Below are positions 18,317-28,803 of a stretch of 64,000 nt of DNA, piece after piece. The position numbers and the translations under genes are program-made. The DNA lies in assembly GCA_001793095.1 (NCBI GenBank), contig MGHG01000008.1:269-64268 (forward strand), written 5' to 3'. The stretch comes from Candidatus Woesebacteria bacterium RIFCSPLOWO2_01_FULL_39_23. GTDB lineage: Bacteria > Patescibacteriota > Microgenomatia > UBA8517. Each line of letters begins with the position of its first letter. Position 1 is the stretch's first letter. The notes below the pieces were generated by a model. The model did not search any database, was not told the DNA's origin, and saw only the letters and a list, made by a program, of their open reading frames with translations.

Positions 18317-20584
18317 TTAGGTCTCACCACCTTCTTCCAGAAGTTGTTGCATTTCATCTTTATTTAATACTCCCGTCACAATTTCTTTTACTACACCCCG
18401 CCTATCAATTAAAAAGTGCATCGGAAGAGAACTAACGGCATAATCCTCTACCAGCTCTCCATCAGTATCAACAATAAAGTCACTTTCGTATTTACCTTTC
18501 TTTTGAAATATCCTGACTTTGGATTTAGTTTCTTCGCTTACGAGAATTCCCCCTGCAAAGAGGTCGTCCGAAATTAGGTCATCAAGAATGGATATCTGTT
18601 CGGTTGACGGCGGCGACCAGGTATTAACGAAGGATAGGATAAACGATCCGCCTCTTTTGGTATTTAAGGAAAATTTATTATCTTCAATTGTCGGGAGGTT
18701 AAAATTTTTTGCTTCCTTACCAATTAATTTTCCGACACCAGCACTGCTTTTAACACTTTTGAGAACCACATCCGCCTTCTTGGAAAATAGATCCGCAAAT
18801 CCGATTCTCAGACCAAAAAGATTGAGTCCTCCGCCTTTTTGTAATACAAAATCAGAATTCAAGGGAGTACCTGCGTCAAGCTTAAATATCTTACTCGTCA
18901 ACTTGTTATAAAAAGGCGATCTGATTTCGAGATAATATTTCCCGGGTGGTAGGAAATATTGGTAATTACCGTTGTCATCCAGTTTTTGCGGATTCTCCTG
19001 GCCAAAAGTTCGGGCGTCCCACAAAGACCAAGATTCTGTAAGTTGATCCTGAATATATATTGCCACCTCGCCTTTGGTCACCATCTTCTTATTCTCATCC
19101 CTGACATGTCCCTCCTCAACCGCAACAACACGTCCAAGTTCACGATCGGTTATATTGCCGGCTCCGTCGGCGGCATGAGTTGAAAGATCATATGTTCCGG
19201 TATCAGGCAAGTTAATCACGCCATGCCAAAGCCCAGTTTCGGGGCTTTGAGATAATGAAAACATTTTTTCCTCCCGCCCTGAGCCCACCGAATGGGCTAT
19301 TAAATCAATCGACGTCGGCCCGCCGACTGCCGTCAGAGTTATTTTTATTTCCAAGCCTTTCAAGGTAATAATTACCCCGTTTTTATCCGGAAGTAAAGGT
19401 TGCGGGCCTAAGGAAAGTAAATTTCCGCCGACTCTCGGAGGCAGCCTATCGATCACCAAATCGAGTGCTGTCGATATACCGACATTACCCGCCGAATCGA
19501 TCGCACGGACTTTTATCTTATAATTCCCATCATCAAATATAAACGGTACAAAGGAGTATTCTGTACTTTTTGAACCCAAATCTTCCACAACTTCAACAGG
19601 CAACCAATTAACCCCGTCATCAGTTGAATAGTCAATGCTTGCAACGTCTTCGTTGTCACTTGCTGAGCCTTCGATCTTCCCAGCCGCTGTTACACTCCCC
19701 GTAATTTCAGTTGTAATAATTACTCTTGGCGCTACCGTGTCGCGAATTATTACAGGTGTCGGTGTTGGAGTTGCAGTTATCACACTTGTAGTCGATGTTG
19801 ATGAGGGCACTGGTGTCGAAGTCGCAACTACGGTTCCCGCCGCCGCAGTCGTAAAAGAGTTCTCAGAGGAACATCCCTGGTTATTTGCCGCATCAGTCGA
19901 ACAAACCTGATAATAATAAGTTGTCCCAGGAGCAACAGATTGCGTAATGGTCTGTGAATGCGAAGTTACCAATGCAGTATCTACTTTCGAAAATGTATAA
20001 TCTGCAGGATTAGCTGAGACATCATATTCAACCTTGGAGGTTGCGGCCTCGTTTGTTGTCCACCCCACTGTTGCTTGCGAGGTTGTTACACCCGATACTG
20101 AGATCTCCAAAATCTGAGGCGCCGTGGTGTCTGGAGCAGCACCAGTAACATTAAAATTTAAAGTTCCAGCACAATTATATGGACTAGCTCCTCCTGGATC
20201 ATCTGAAACCTGGACGCTCCAGCTTCCCGAAAATCCTGTCAAGCTTGAGGGGATAATTGTCTCAAACCTGGGAGCTGTGTTTGTACCTGGAGTCAATGAA
20301 TTTCCAGTAAAGGTAACAACATTTCCGGAAACACTTCTACTCCAATTAGACATGATAGTTCCGGGGTCTAAACTTGCGTGAGGGGTGGTTATTCTAAACC
20401 AATTGATATTAACCGAATCGGTATTATTAATAGTAATTGTAAATTGAAGATAATCATCAGGATTCACTTCTGTCGGACTAACAGTTGCAGAGCAAGAAGA
20501 TACGGTTGCCCAAGTAGTGGAGATCGAACGTATAAATAACAATACCGGCAGTAGCGTAGCAACAAGAAAAAATATTTTTTTCAT
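18317..20584 (-). CDS. Secreted multi-domain protein (FN3/Ig-like, Thr-rich linker, C-terminal redoxin-like domain)
   Basis: Signal peptide; WTTNE..TS.VEY FN3; C-terminal F.LP...LSF.NTWSPPS..Y.V..LP..FLIDR.G. Confidence 0.8.
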   Translation of the reverse strand: MKKIFFLVATLLPVLLFIRSISTTWATVSSCSATVSPTEVNPDDYLQFTITINNTDSVNINWFRITTPHASLDPGTIMSNWSRSVSGNVVTFTGNSLTPGTNTAPRFETIIPSSLTGFSGSWSVQVSDDPGGASPYNCAGTLNFNVTGAAPDTTAPQILEISVSGVTTSQATVGWTTNEAATSKVEYDVSANPADYTFSKVDTALVTSHSQTITQSVAPGTTYYYQVCSTDAANNQGCSSENSFTTAAAGTVVATSTPVPSSTSTTSVITATPTPTPVIIRDTVAPRVIITTEITGSVTAAGKIEGSASDNEDVASIDYSTDDGVNWLPVEVVEDLGSKSTEYSFVPFIFDDGNYKIKVRAIDSAGNVGISTALDLVIDRLPPRVGGNLLSLGPQPLLPDKNGVIITLKGLEIKITLTAVGGPTSIDLIAHSVGSGREEKMFSLSQSPETGLWHGVINLPDTGTYDLSTHAADGAGNITDRELGRVVAVEEGHVRDENKKMVTKGEVAIYIQDQLTESWSLWDARTFGQENPQKLDDNGNYQYFLPPGKYYLEIRSPFYNKLTSKIFKLDAGTPLNSDFVLQKGGGLNLFGLRIGFADLFSKKADVVLKSVKSSAGVGKLIGKEAKNFNLPTIEDNKFSLNTKRGGSFILSFVNTWSPPSTEQISILDDLISDDLFAGGILVSEETKSKVRIFQKKGKYESDFIVDTDGELVEDYAVSSLPMHFLIDRRGVVKEIVTGVLNKDEMQQLLEEGGET

Positions 20585-20680
20585 AATATTGCTATTTCAG
20601 AATAGCAGGAAGTTACTTGATCTATCAAGTTAAGACGATTAATATCATTTTAGTATGGATAATAATGAAGGTGACTAATT

Positions 20681-23170
20681 ATGGCAACAGCGACAATAGC
20701 AACTGGCTTAACACGACTTACTGCTTGTGAGGCTGCCCATGACTCGTACTGGCTGGGTACGGGTGGTGCCGCATCTTCGCAAAACACAGATCTTGTTAAG
20801 GAGGGTTCGGCATCAAGAGCGAGACGTATTGATAATACGACTTATGGATTCTCCTTTAATTACTATGCAGCTAACGGTAACACAACTATCGATCTTTCCA
20901 GTACCCACGTATGGTTATGGTTTCTATGTCTTCAACCCGGTCTAGTTGCTTCTATCACGTCAGGTGGAATAAGAATTAGAATATCTTCAAATACAACTGC
21001 CAACACTTCAACCTATGCAGAATGGTATGTTGGCGGTAACGAAAATTACAAAGGTGGATGGAAAAGGTTTGTTGTTAATACAGCAAAGACCCCAACAGCT
21101 ACCAACGGTTCTCCCAATCTCGCAGCTGCTACAAATGTTGGTATTGTAGCTACCATGGGTGACGTTGGAGGTAATGTCGCAAATGTTGCCATAGATTGCA
21201 TTGACGCAGGAAACGGCATAGTTGTCTATGGGGGTACATCAAGCGATAAGTTAACCTTCCAAAATATTGCAGATGCAGACACTGCCAGTACCTCCACTCC
21301 AAATTATGGCATCTTAGAAAAAACAGGCGATGTTTTTAATATGTTAGGCACCCTACAGCTTGGTGAGTCCACCGGCACAAATGACACATATCTTGACGAT
21401 GAAGACTCTATTTTAATATGGCAGGAAAGACCGTACTATGACAATACTTCCCAAGTGACAGCTACTGCAGATACTTTCAACAAGTTATCTGTAGTAGGTA
21501 GTGGAACTGCCGGACAAGACATCGACTTTCAGTGCGGAAATAAAGTCGGGACTGGAGATACTGCCGTAGGTTCTAATGGTGTCCTTTTCCAAGCAGAAAA
21601 AGGCTCAAACTTAACTAAACTCACGGTGGATCTTGACGACGCAAATGTGGATTACGTCAAATTATATGGTTGTACCATTAGGAGAGCATCCCAAGGAGTC
21701 ACGTTTTGTAACGACTCAACAAATGGCCCTAACCACGAATTAATAGGTACTACAATCGACCAGTCAGGCCAAGTCGATGTAGGTAGAGTTGAAGTTAGAA
21801 ACTGCACTTTTTCAGGAACAACTGCCAGCGATTATAGTGGTAGCGCATTATTATGGAATGCAAATATTGATGTAAAAAACTGCTCATTTCTTGCAAATTT
21901 ACTGACAGGTGGCCCTGGTGAGGACGAAACCTTTACCTCTGCGAACGTAAACACAACCACTAATATAATTACTATCACTGGGCATCCGTTTTCCAACAAC
22001 GATGTTGTCGAGTTTTCGACAACTACTACCATCCCTGCACCTCTAGTTGCTGGTACTAATTACTACGTTGTCGGTGTTAGCGGAAACGACTTCCAGGTAT
22101 CGTCAACACTCGGAGGCAGCGCAGTAGATTTAACAAGTGGCGGTTCAGGAACCCACACCGTAAAAACTGTTGATGCTCATGCAATTAAGCACTCTACCAC
22201 GGGCACATTCACCCATGACAACTTAACACACACAGGCAACGACTACGATATCGAAAATTCGGCTGCAGGGACAAACACTGCAACGTATGGAGCTGATGCT
22301 GGTACCGAAAGAGATGGATCAACAAATATTTATAGTGGAAGTATAGTTGGAGCTGGTCAATCTTTTGCAGGAGATGGTGGAACATTGTCTAATGTCACTT
22401 TCTACCTACAAAAGACAGGTAGTCCTACTGGCAATATTACTGCTAAGGTTTATGCTCATTCAGGGGTATATGGTACCTCTTCTGTTCCTACAGGCGGTGC
22501 TCTTGCTACCTCTGAAACTATCTCCGCCACTACCATAAATAGAGAGTGGTCTTATGCGAATTTTTTCTTTACAGGAGAAAGCGGGTCCCCTGATAATAAT
22601 ATTGTTTTAACTAATGGCACTGATTATGTTGTTACTATTGAATATAGTGGAGGTGATGTAAGTAATTACATTAGTGTAGGCACGGATACCTCTACTCCTG
22701 GCCATGGTGGAAACTTCTCAACCTATAATGGTTCAGTTTGGAGCGCTGTCAGCGGCACGGATGCACTTTTTAGACTTAGGACAGGTGGTATTGTAGTAGT
22801 TAACACAACCAATGGTTCAAACCCCGGCCTAGCTCACAATACTGGATCCCCACCTGGATCTACAACGATTATTAATTCCGTCAATCTTACGGTTCGAGGA
22901 GTTTCCGCCGGAACAAGAGTCGCATTCATCGCTAATGAAACCACTGCTCGGCATACACTGGGCGACATTATCGCAAGTGGAGAAGCAAACAGTAGTGGCA
23001 TTTTTACTTACTCCTATAATTTTACTGTGTCTCAAGGAATTAATATAATTTCGAGATTGGTCGGTTACCTACCTTTCAAATCCACAGATACAATTGATTC
23101 CGGAGGTGTTGATGTTACTGCTGTTTGGCAAATTGACCCAATTTCGGACAAGATTGATACGAGCGGCTAA
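20681..23170 (+). CDS. Large Ser/Thr/Gly-rich beta-structure protein, virion/fibre-like
   Basis: 829-aa ORF with GAAGGTGA RBS, no signal peptide; H.F...D.V.F.....P.PL..G..YYV module. Confidence 0.7.
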   Translation: MATATIATGLTRLTACEAAHDSYWLGTGGAASSQNTDLVKEGSASRARRIDNTTYGFSFNYYAANGNTTIDLSSTHVWLWFLCLQPGLVASITSGGIRIRISSNTTANTSTYAEWYVGGNENYKGGWKRFVVNTAKTPTATNGSPNLAAATNVGIVATMGDVGGNVANVAIDCIDAGNGIVVYGGTSSDKLTFQNIADADTASTSTPNYGILEKTGDVFNMLGTLQLGESTGTNDTYLDDEDSILIWQERPYYDNTSQVTATADTFNKLSVVGSGTAGQDIDFQCGNKVGTGDTAVGSNGVLFQAEKGSNLTKLTVDLDDANVDYVKLYGCTIRRASQGVTFCNDSTNGPNHELIGTTIDQSGQVDVGRVEVRNCTFSGTTASDYSGSALLWNANIDVKNCSFLANLLTGGPGEDETFTSANVNTTTNIITITGHPFSNNDVVEFSTTTTIPAPLVAGTNYYVVGVSGNDFQVSSTLGGSAVDLTSGGSGTHTVKTVDAHAIKHSTTGTFTHDNLTHTGNDYDIENSAAGTNTATYGADAGTERDGSTNIYSGSIVGAGQSFAGDGGTLSNVTFYLQKTGSPTGNITAKVYAHSGVYGTSSVPTGGALATSETISATTINREWSYANFFFTGESGSPDNNIVLTNGTDYVVTIEYSGGDVSNYISVGTDTSTPGHGGNFSTYNGSVWSAVSGTDALFRLRTGGIVVVNTTNGSNPGLAHNTGSPPGSTTIINSVNLTVRGVSAGTRVAFIANETTARHTLGDIIASGEANSSGIFTYSYNFTVSQGINIISRLVGYLPFKSTDTIDSGGVDVTAVWQIDPISDKIDTSG

Positions 23171-23198
23171 GGCTAACAGACGGCACAGACCAACCACT

Positions 23199-23228
23199 TG
23201 ACACTGAGTCCACTAAGTAAATATACTG
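23199..23228 (+). promoter_or_regulatory. Sigma70-type promoter candidate
   Basis: TTGACA-N18-TATACT, followed by a hairpin at about 23237-23265. Confidence 0.5.
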
Positions 23229-23287
23229 ACTATGATAACAGCTGTCTGAATTTCGGGCAGTTGTTTTGTGCAAGTTTAATTTAACAA

Positions 23288-23914
23288 ATGTCCTCTAGCA
23301 GTAAAAAGGTTAAACCAAAAGATACGGCTCAGATAGAAATTGCTGTTAAAAATGCTCGGGTCGGAAGCTCTTTTGCAATATTTGTGGATACCCAGGCCAG
23401 AAGATATACCCAAGGACAGGTGAGGGCTAGTAGTTTTAGTATATCAATTCCCTCTGGTTTTGCTAAAAGTGCTAAATTAAACATCTTAGAACCCCGTACC
23501 AGGGAAAGCCGCGGAAGATTGTTAAGTATTGATATCGATCCCCTAGAATCCAAAACGGTAGATGTAAGTCAGTATATCCCTACTCCTTCATCGTTATCAG
23601 AAGAACCAAAGTCAGAAAAAGGCAAAAAGCTAATTCAAAATAAGCTGCAAGAAAAGGTCCAGCAAGCAAAAGAAAATGCTCAAGACGCAATGCATGAGGA
23701 AGAAACCACGGCCACGCAAGAAATAACAGATGTGCCGCAACACAAGAGAAATTTTCTGGAAAACAAACTAAGAGAACAAATTCAAGAAAAAAAGGCCGTT
23801 GACTCAGGAACCCCAGAAGCAAATAATGAAAATGGTGAGAATTCTAACACCGAAGAAGCAAACCAAGATGAGGAAGGGAAACCTAAAAAAAGTTTCTGGG
23901 ATAGACTAAGGTAA
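23288..23914 (+). CDS. Hypothetical protein with charged low-complexity C-terminus
   Basis: 208-aa ORF between two large structural-type genes. Confidence 0.7.
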   Translation: MSSSSKKVKPKDTAQIEIAVKNARVGSSFAIFVDTQARRYTQGQVRASSFSISIPSGFAKSAKLNILEPRTRESRGRLLSIDIDPLESKTVDVSQYIPTPSSLSEEPKSEKGKKLIQNKLQEKVQQAKENAQDAMHEEETTATQEITDVPQHKRNFLENKLREQIQEKKAVDSGTPEANNENGENSNTEEANQDEEGKPKKSFWDRLR

Positions 23915-23965
23915 GTTTAAAACTTAAAAGTCAAAAGTTATTAGTTATTAGTCAAATTAAATACC

Positions 23966-26900
23966 ATGGCAATTTCAGCAGATTGGGACGTCGATTTCAT
24001 TAATAAAGTTATAAGCCACGTTGATGGTACTCTAGACTATGATGGCGGCTCGGGCACATTGCCTTCCGTTGGAGCCTACGTCAAAGGTACGACTTCAAGT
24101 GCTGTCGGCAAAGTGCTCTCCATCACAACTACAGATTCCACAAGCGGTAGACTCACCCTTACCAATGTTGTAGGCAGATTTCAGGATAACGAAACTCTGG
24201 ATGCACTTGATTCCCTTGGTTTCAATTCTGTTGCAAACAGCGGTTTTAGGGTTGGCGATACTTTAAGAGATACTGCAACTAGAACCATCGATGTTGCGGC
24301 TTATGAATACAACTACACCGAAGCAACTACCGCGGGAGACGGTACGGTTTGGGGCACTTTTGCAGGAGCTGGCTCTTTTACAAACACAGAACAAATTGAC
24401 ATTTCGGCACCTGCCGCTCGAGCCCAAACAGATGTTGCCAATGTCGACGGAGCTGAAGTTGCCGGCGTATCTTTTTCAGCAGCTGCCGCTGGAGCTCTTA
24501 CCGAACCCACCGGATCTGACTGTATTATCATCAATTTTGATGCGGGTACTCAAGCCGTTCCAAGATTTGCTTTTATACAGGATGACCAAACAAACTCCCC
24601 AGGTCAAACAGCAGTTGTTCAAAAAGTTTACGGAGTTACGGCAACAGGTTCACTTCGTTTAGTCGACACGACCGGTACGTGGGCAAATAACGATAATATT
24701 TATGTTAGAAAATTACCATACGATAATTTACAGAGTACTTCGTTTAAAATCGGGGATAAAGTCGTAGGCGGAACATCCGGATATAGCGGTAAGGTAATCA
24801 ACGTTGAGGCAAGTTCATCCACCGAAGGCAAAATCACACTCCAAAATCAAACAGGTATTTTTACCAACGACGAACAAATCCGAGTACGTACAACCACCGA
24901 TACTTACTATGCTGATGTAGACATCGCAGCAACTGCTGACCAATACGAACTTGCTGCTGTCCAAAATGGAGCTCTAATCTCAAACCAGTTGCAAACTCAA
25001 GGAGGAATTTACAACGCAACAAGCTTAAATATCATTCGCGATTCAAATTCCCTATATACATTTCTCCAGGATACTCTTGATGAACTCGGAGCCTTGGATG
25101 ATGAAATTCCGATGACCGCCCAGGTTGCCTTGCAGCAGTTTACTTTGGTTAATGGCTGGAAAATTCCGGATCTTGCCTACCGATTCCTTGAGTCCGGTTC
25201 TATTCAGGACTCGGCACTTGATAATATCTGGACCAACTTCCAGTCTCTTGGATCCGTAGAAGGCATCGGTAATACTGTTTATGCAGCCACCACTCCCTTG
25301 CCTCAATTCTACATTGAACAAGACGGATCAGTTATTTCATCGTGGTGGTATTACGGGCATATAGATGTACTTGTTAAAGTTAAAACAAATTCCAACCCTG
25401 AATACTCGGCCGTGGCAACAGGTGCCTTAATCAACAGTGGTACGGTGACTATTTTTAACCGCAACTATACCCATACTTTTGACCACTTTACGACGACAAC
25501 TATAGCTGGAGTTGCTCCTATCCCTTTGGCCACTGCAAGCGACTTAAACAATGCTACAGGTACTCATCGGATTGATTATGACAATGAATCAGGCGGTCCT
25601 TTTGTGGTAGGAGAAGAAATAGTCAAAACAACCCCAACTGATGAAACCAAACGTGGCATAATTACAGCTTTGGTTGATAACGGTCTAACCGGTCAAATTA
25701 GCTATGTTCTGACGGGTGCCAATAATTTCGCAAATAACGATCAAATTACCGGTCAAACTTCCAATGCTACAGCGGACGTTAATGAGGCGGTTGAAATAGA
25801 AGAATTGGTGGCTGGCTACGGTGACAGAATCATTATTGCAACAGTAGACGGTTATGTAACTTACACCGGCGGATCGGGCACGTTCAGGAATGGCGAAACA
25901 GTTGTCCAAGTAACTACAAATGCAGCAGGCGTCATGATGTACGACGACACCATCAATAGTCGACTCTGGTTGGGAAATATCAGTGGAACATTCAGCGGCA
26001 ATAACACCATAACAGGTGATGGGAGTAGTGCAACCAAAACTTTCACCGGAGGCTCCACGTTAACCGACCAAGATACTATATCGCGGGATATCGGGGAAGG
26101 CGGTAGCCAACCTTATCACACGGTAATTTATCTTAACCGCGATGCCCAAGGTAACGGCGACACCCTTGCACATATGTACGAGTGGGTTAAGTATAGAACC
26201 AGAAGTTTGGAAACTGCAGGAGAGCCGTCTTATAATCTTTTGGGTGGTTATGGTACAAATACAGGTGTTCAGGGTCGGCTCTATATTACTCTAAACACTT
26301 CCTATGCTTTAGTTAAAGCTTCACCTCTTGGTACCTTCGCCGGAGGTACTTTCTTTGGTGCTCGTGGAGTTTTTGTCCAAAATATGAGCAGTGCAGATAT
26401 CAGAAACTATCAGCTGATCGATGCGAACGGAATTGTGCGTAACCCGCCAAATTTGCAAACTTTAACAGTTTCCGGAGTAGTCAGCGGCGATAGGGTTGCG
26501 GTTTTCCGTACCTCTGGTGGCAATATCCAGGTCGACGAGTATCAAATCGCAACAGAAGCGGGTGCGTATAATGGCGCCACAGACACTCAAATCCAAATTC
26601 AAAACGGAACAAGAAATGCAACAAGCGAGGTTACCGACATCCCGGATTCAGGTGTCATCAGAGTCCTTGATCCCAACGACACCAACTTATATCTTTCGAT
26701 TTCTTATAGCGCAATTACCAGGGCATCGACCGGTGCTATTTTTGCCCTTGATACCGGAGATAACGCCACTATTGCCTCTGTAACCACAATTAGTTTAGTT
26801 CAGGGAGATAATGCGTTTGTACCGCTAATTGAGGCGCAGGCTACAACTACAAGCGTATCAGCAAATATTGTTTACGATTCGGACGTTGGCAATATTCCAA

Positions 26901-27013
26901 TACTTACCCGTGTGCGTATCAAAGGAATTTTGCCTTTCGAGGTTGCCGGTAGCTTTACCTCTAGCGGTGCGACAGTTGCTGCTATCCGCTCACTCGACAG
27001 CATCGTTGATTAA
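23966..27013 (+). CDS. Large repeat protein resembling phage baseplate/tail structural proteins
   Basis: Five or six repeats of F..G(E/D).V.G.TS.A.G.V......G.L.L....G.F.NN(E/D).I; no signal peptide. Confidence 0.7.
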   Translation: MAISADWDVDFINKVISHVDGTLDYDGGSGTLPSVGAYVKGTTSSAVGKVLSITTTDSTSGRLTLTNVVGRFQDNETLDALDSLGFNSVANSGFRVGDTLRDTATRTIDVAAYEYNYTEATTAGDGTVWGTFAGAGSFTNTEQIDISAPAARAQTDVANVDGAEVAGVSFSAAAAGALTEPTGSDCIIINFDAGTQAVPRFAFIQDDQTNSPGQTAVVQKVYGVTATGSLRLVDTTGTWANNDNIYVRKLPYDNLQSTSFKIGDKVVGGTSGYSGKVINVEASSSTEGKITLQNQTGIFTNDEQIRVRTTTDTYYADVDIAATADQYELAAVQNGALISNQLQTQGGIYNATSLNIIRDSNSLYTFLQDTLDELGALDDEIPMTAQVALQQFTLVNGWKIPDLAYRFLESGSIQDSALDNIWTNFQSLGSVEGIGNTVYAATTPLPQFYIEQDGSVISSWWYYGHIDVLVKVKTNSNPEYSAVATGALINSGTVTIFNRNYTHTFDHFTTTTIAGVAPIPLATASDLNNATGTHRIDYDNESGGPFVVGEEIVKTTPTDETKRGIITALVDNGLTGQISYVLTGANNFANNDQITGQTSNATADVNEAVEIEELVAGYGDRIIIATVDGYVTYTGGSGTFRNGETVVQVTTNAAGVMMYDDTINSRLWLGNISGTFSGNNTITGDGSSATKTFTGGSTLTDQDTISRDIGEGGSQPYHTVIYLNRDAQGNGDTLAHMYEWVKYRTRSLETAGEPSYNLLGGYGTNTGVQGRLYITLNTSYALVKASPLGTFAGGTFFGARGVFVQNMSSADIRNYQLIDANGIVRNPPNLQTLTVSGVVSGDRVAVFRTSGGNIQVDEYQIATEAGAYNGATDTQIQIQNGTRNATSEVTDIPDSGVIRVLDPNDTNLYLSISYSAITRASTGAIFALDTGDNATIASVTTISLVQGDNAFVPLIEAQATTTSVSANIVYDSDVGNIPILTRVRIKGILPFEVAGSFTSSGATVAAIRSLDSIVD

Positions 27014-27290
27014 GAAGAAAGAGCAGCTATTATCTCTTGTGTTGCTGCAATCAAAGCATCTGCTTGCTCATTAGCAATTTTGTCTCCCCTTTGGGCTTCA
27101 ACAGAGTTTATAGCTTGTAACGAATTAATCGCTGCCTGGTCATTATTTTCATTTACATCATTAAGTGCATTTTGTGCTGCCTCGAGTTTCTGATCTAAGC
27201 TATTTTCAATGCCGTTTTGTAGATTAAAAGATATTACCAAATCGACAAGATCCTCTATAGCCTGTGAGGGTGTAAGAATATGGACTGTAA
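27010..27290 (-). pseudogene. C-terminal remnant of a surface protein (small helical domain)
   Basis: NGIENSLDQKLEAA...AAIN.L.A.INSVEAQRG.KI..EQADALI lacks a clear start and N-terminus. Confidence 0.5.
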
Positions 27291-27319
27291 TTCTGCTCGG
27301 CGAAATCCCGGATCCACTA

Positions 27320-28465
27320 TCATTGTCGGTTTTGCCACTCGAAAAAATTATTTTTTGTCACTGTCTGCCAAGTAGAATTCGAGTACGCTTCTCTCCATGC
27401 TTTGGGGGGGTGAGTCCTCCCTTTTAACCACTTAACTTCATGCGCTTTGAGTACACCAGAGCTTTCTTCCACAAGATCTATCTCTTGTTTTTCATAAGTC
27501 CTCCAGAAATATAAAAGTTGACGGTTCCCTGTAAAATTATCCCGTTTTTTCTTTTCGGAAATAACAAAATTCTCCCATAACTGTCCTACATCGCTTCGCA
27601 GACTAAGTGGATTATAATTATTAATCAAAGCGTTTCTAACACCCAAATCATAGAAGTAAATTTTTCGAAGTTTCCCCAACTCTTTTCGTAAATTTCTACT
27701 GAAAGGCCTTAACTTAAAAACGATATACGCCTTTTCTAATATGTCAACATAAGTTTCTGCTGTTTGCTTGCTCACCCCAACAAGCCGTCCCAGCTCTACA
27801 TACGAGACCTCATTACCCATCTGAAGTGCAAGTCCTTCAAGAAGTTTTCTTATAACTTCTGAGCCCTTAAGATCTTGGAATTTTAGTAGATCCTTATACA
27901 GGTAATTGTTGCTGATCTTGCCAATTTCGATCTTCTTCTCGTCCAAACCCAACGAAAGAACTACGTTTGGATAACTACCATATATAAGTAAGTTCTCCAA
28001 ATCTCTATTAAATGCTAATCCATCACCTGCTTTGTAAATTTCAGATACTGCCAACGGATATAACCAAAACTCAATACTTCGCCCCGTTAAAGGCTCGCTG
28101 ACGTCATTTGCCAATTCAAACGAAGAAGACCCCGTAGCAAGTATTTGAGTTTCGGGAAAATTATCAATCAGAAGTTTCAACTTGAGTCCAATATTTCTAA
28201 CCCTCTGCGCCTCATCAATTACTACTAACTTGGCTCCCCCAATAATGTGTTTAAGGGCAACTGAAGTGTCAGCTTCCAAAAACAATTTTTGAATATCGGC
28301 CTCGTCGCAGTTAAGATATCTGGAAGGTATTGAGTCGTAATCCTGAAGAATTTTTTTGACCAGAGTAGTTTTACCAACCTGCCTGGCACCATATAAAATT
28401 AAAATGCTTTTCTTAAAAAGGTTAGATTTAATTAAGGGTTCAATTTTGCGCTCAAAATATATCAT
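27320..28465 (-). CDS. AAA+ ATPase (AAA_14 plus DUF4143 type)
   Basis: GARQVGKT, IDEAQ, TGSS, LTGR, YGSYP, K.YFYDLG, EID, EVK. Confidence 0.92.
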   Translation of the reverse strand: MIYFERKIEPLIKSNLFKKSILILYGARQVGKTTLVKKILQDYDSIPSRYLNCDEADIQKLFLEADTSVALKHIIGGAKLVVIDEAQRVRNIGLKLKLLIDNFPETQILATGSSSFELANDVSEPLTGRSIEFWLYPLAVSEIYKAGDGLAFNRDLENLLIYGSYPNVVLSLGLDEKKIEIGKISNNYLYKDLLKFQDLKGSEVIRKLLEGLALQMGNEVSYVELGRLVGVSKQTAETYVDILEKAYIVFKLRPFSRNLRKELGKLRKIYFYDLGVRNALINNYNPLSLRSDVGQLWENFVISEKKKRDNFTGNRQLLYFWRTYEKQEIDLVEESSGVLKAHEVKWLKGRTHPPKAWREAYSNSTWQTVTKNNFFEWQNRQ

Positions 28466-28608
28466 TTAAATTAGGTAAATAGATTTCCCTAATTTATACC
28501 GAATTAGGGAAGGTTTGTCAAGCGATTAACTTGACTTAAAGTCCGAAGCGTACGAACCCCATATTCATCACCAATGTTTTTAATGTGCAGATAATATATA
28601 ATTAAATA

Positions 28609-28803
28609 ATGCCAACTGCATCGGATACAAAAAAACAAAAAGACGAGTTTGAAAAAGACAACCAATATTCGATTAAAACTCTGGAAGAAAATATTGCCAG
28701 AGCTGAGCAAAATATCCAAATATTCTCAGCTGAAGTCCAGAAACAAATAATGCTTAAGGCTGAGCTTGAAGCCCAATTGGCTGCACTCAAGGCAAAGAAA
28801 TGA
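28609..28803 (+). CDS. Small coiled-coil hypothetical protein
   Basis: 64-aa ORF with heptad pattern, preceded by TATAAT. Confidence 0.55.
   Translation: MPTASDTKKQKDEFEKDNQYSIKTLEENIARAEQNIQIFSAEVQKQIMLKAELEAQLAALKAKK

Noticed and set aside
20681-27013. Intact prophage
   Set aside because: No terminase, portal, capsid, integrase or lysis module; flanked by host-type genes.
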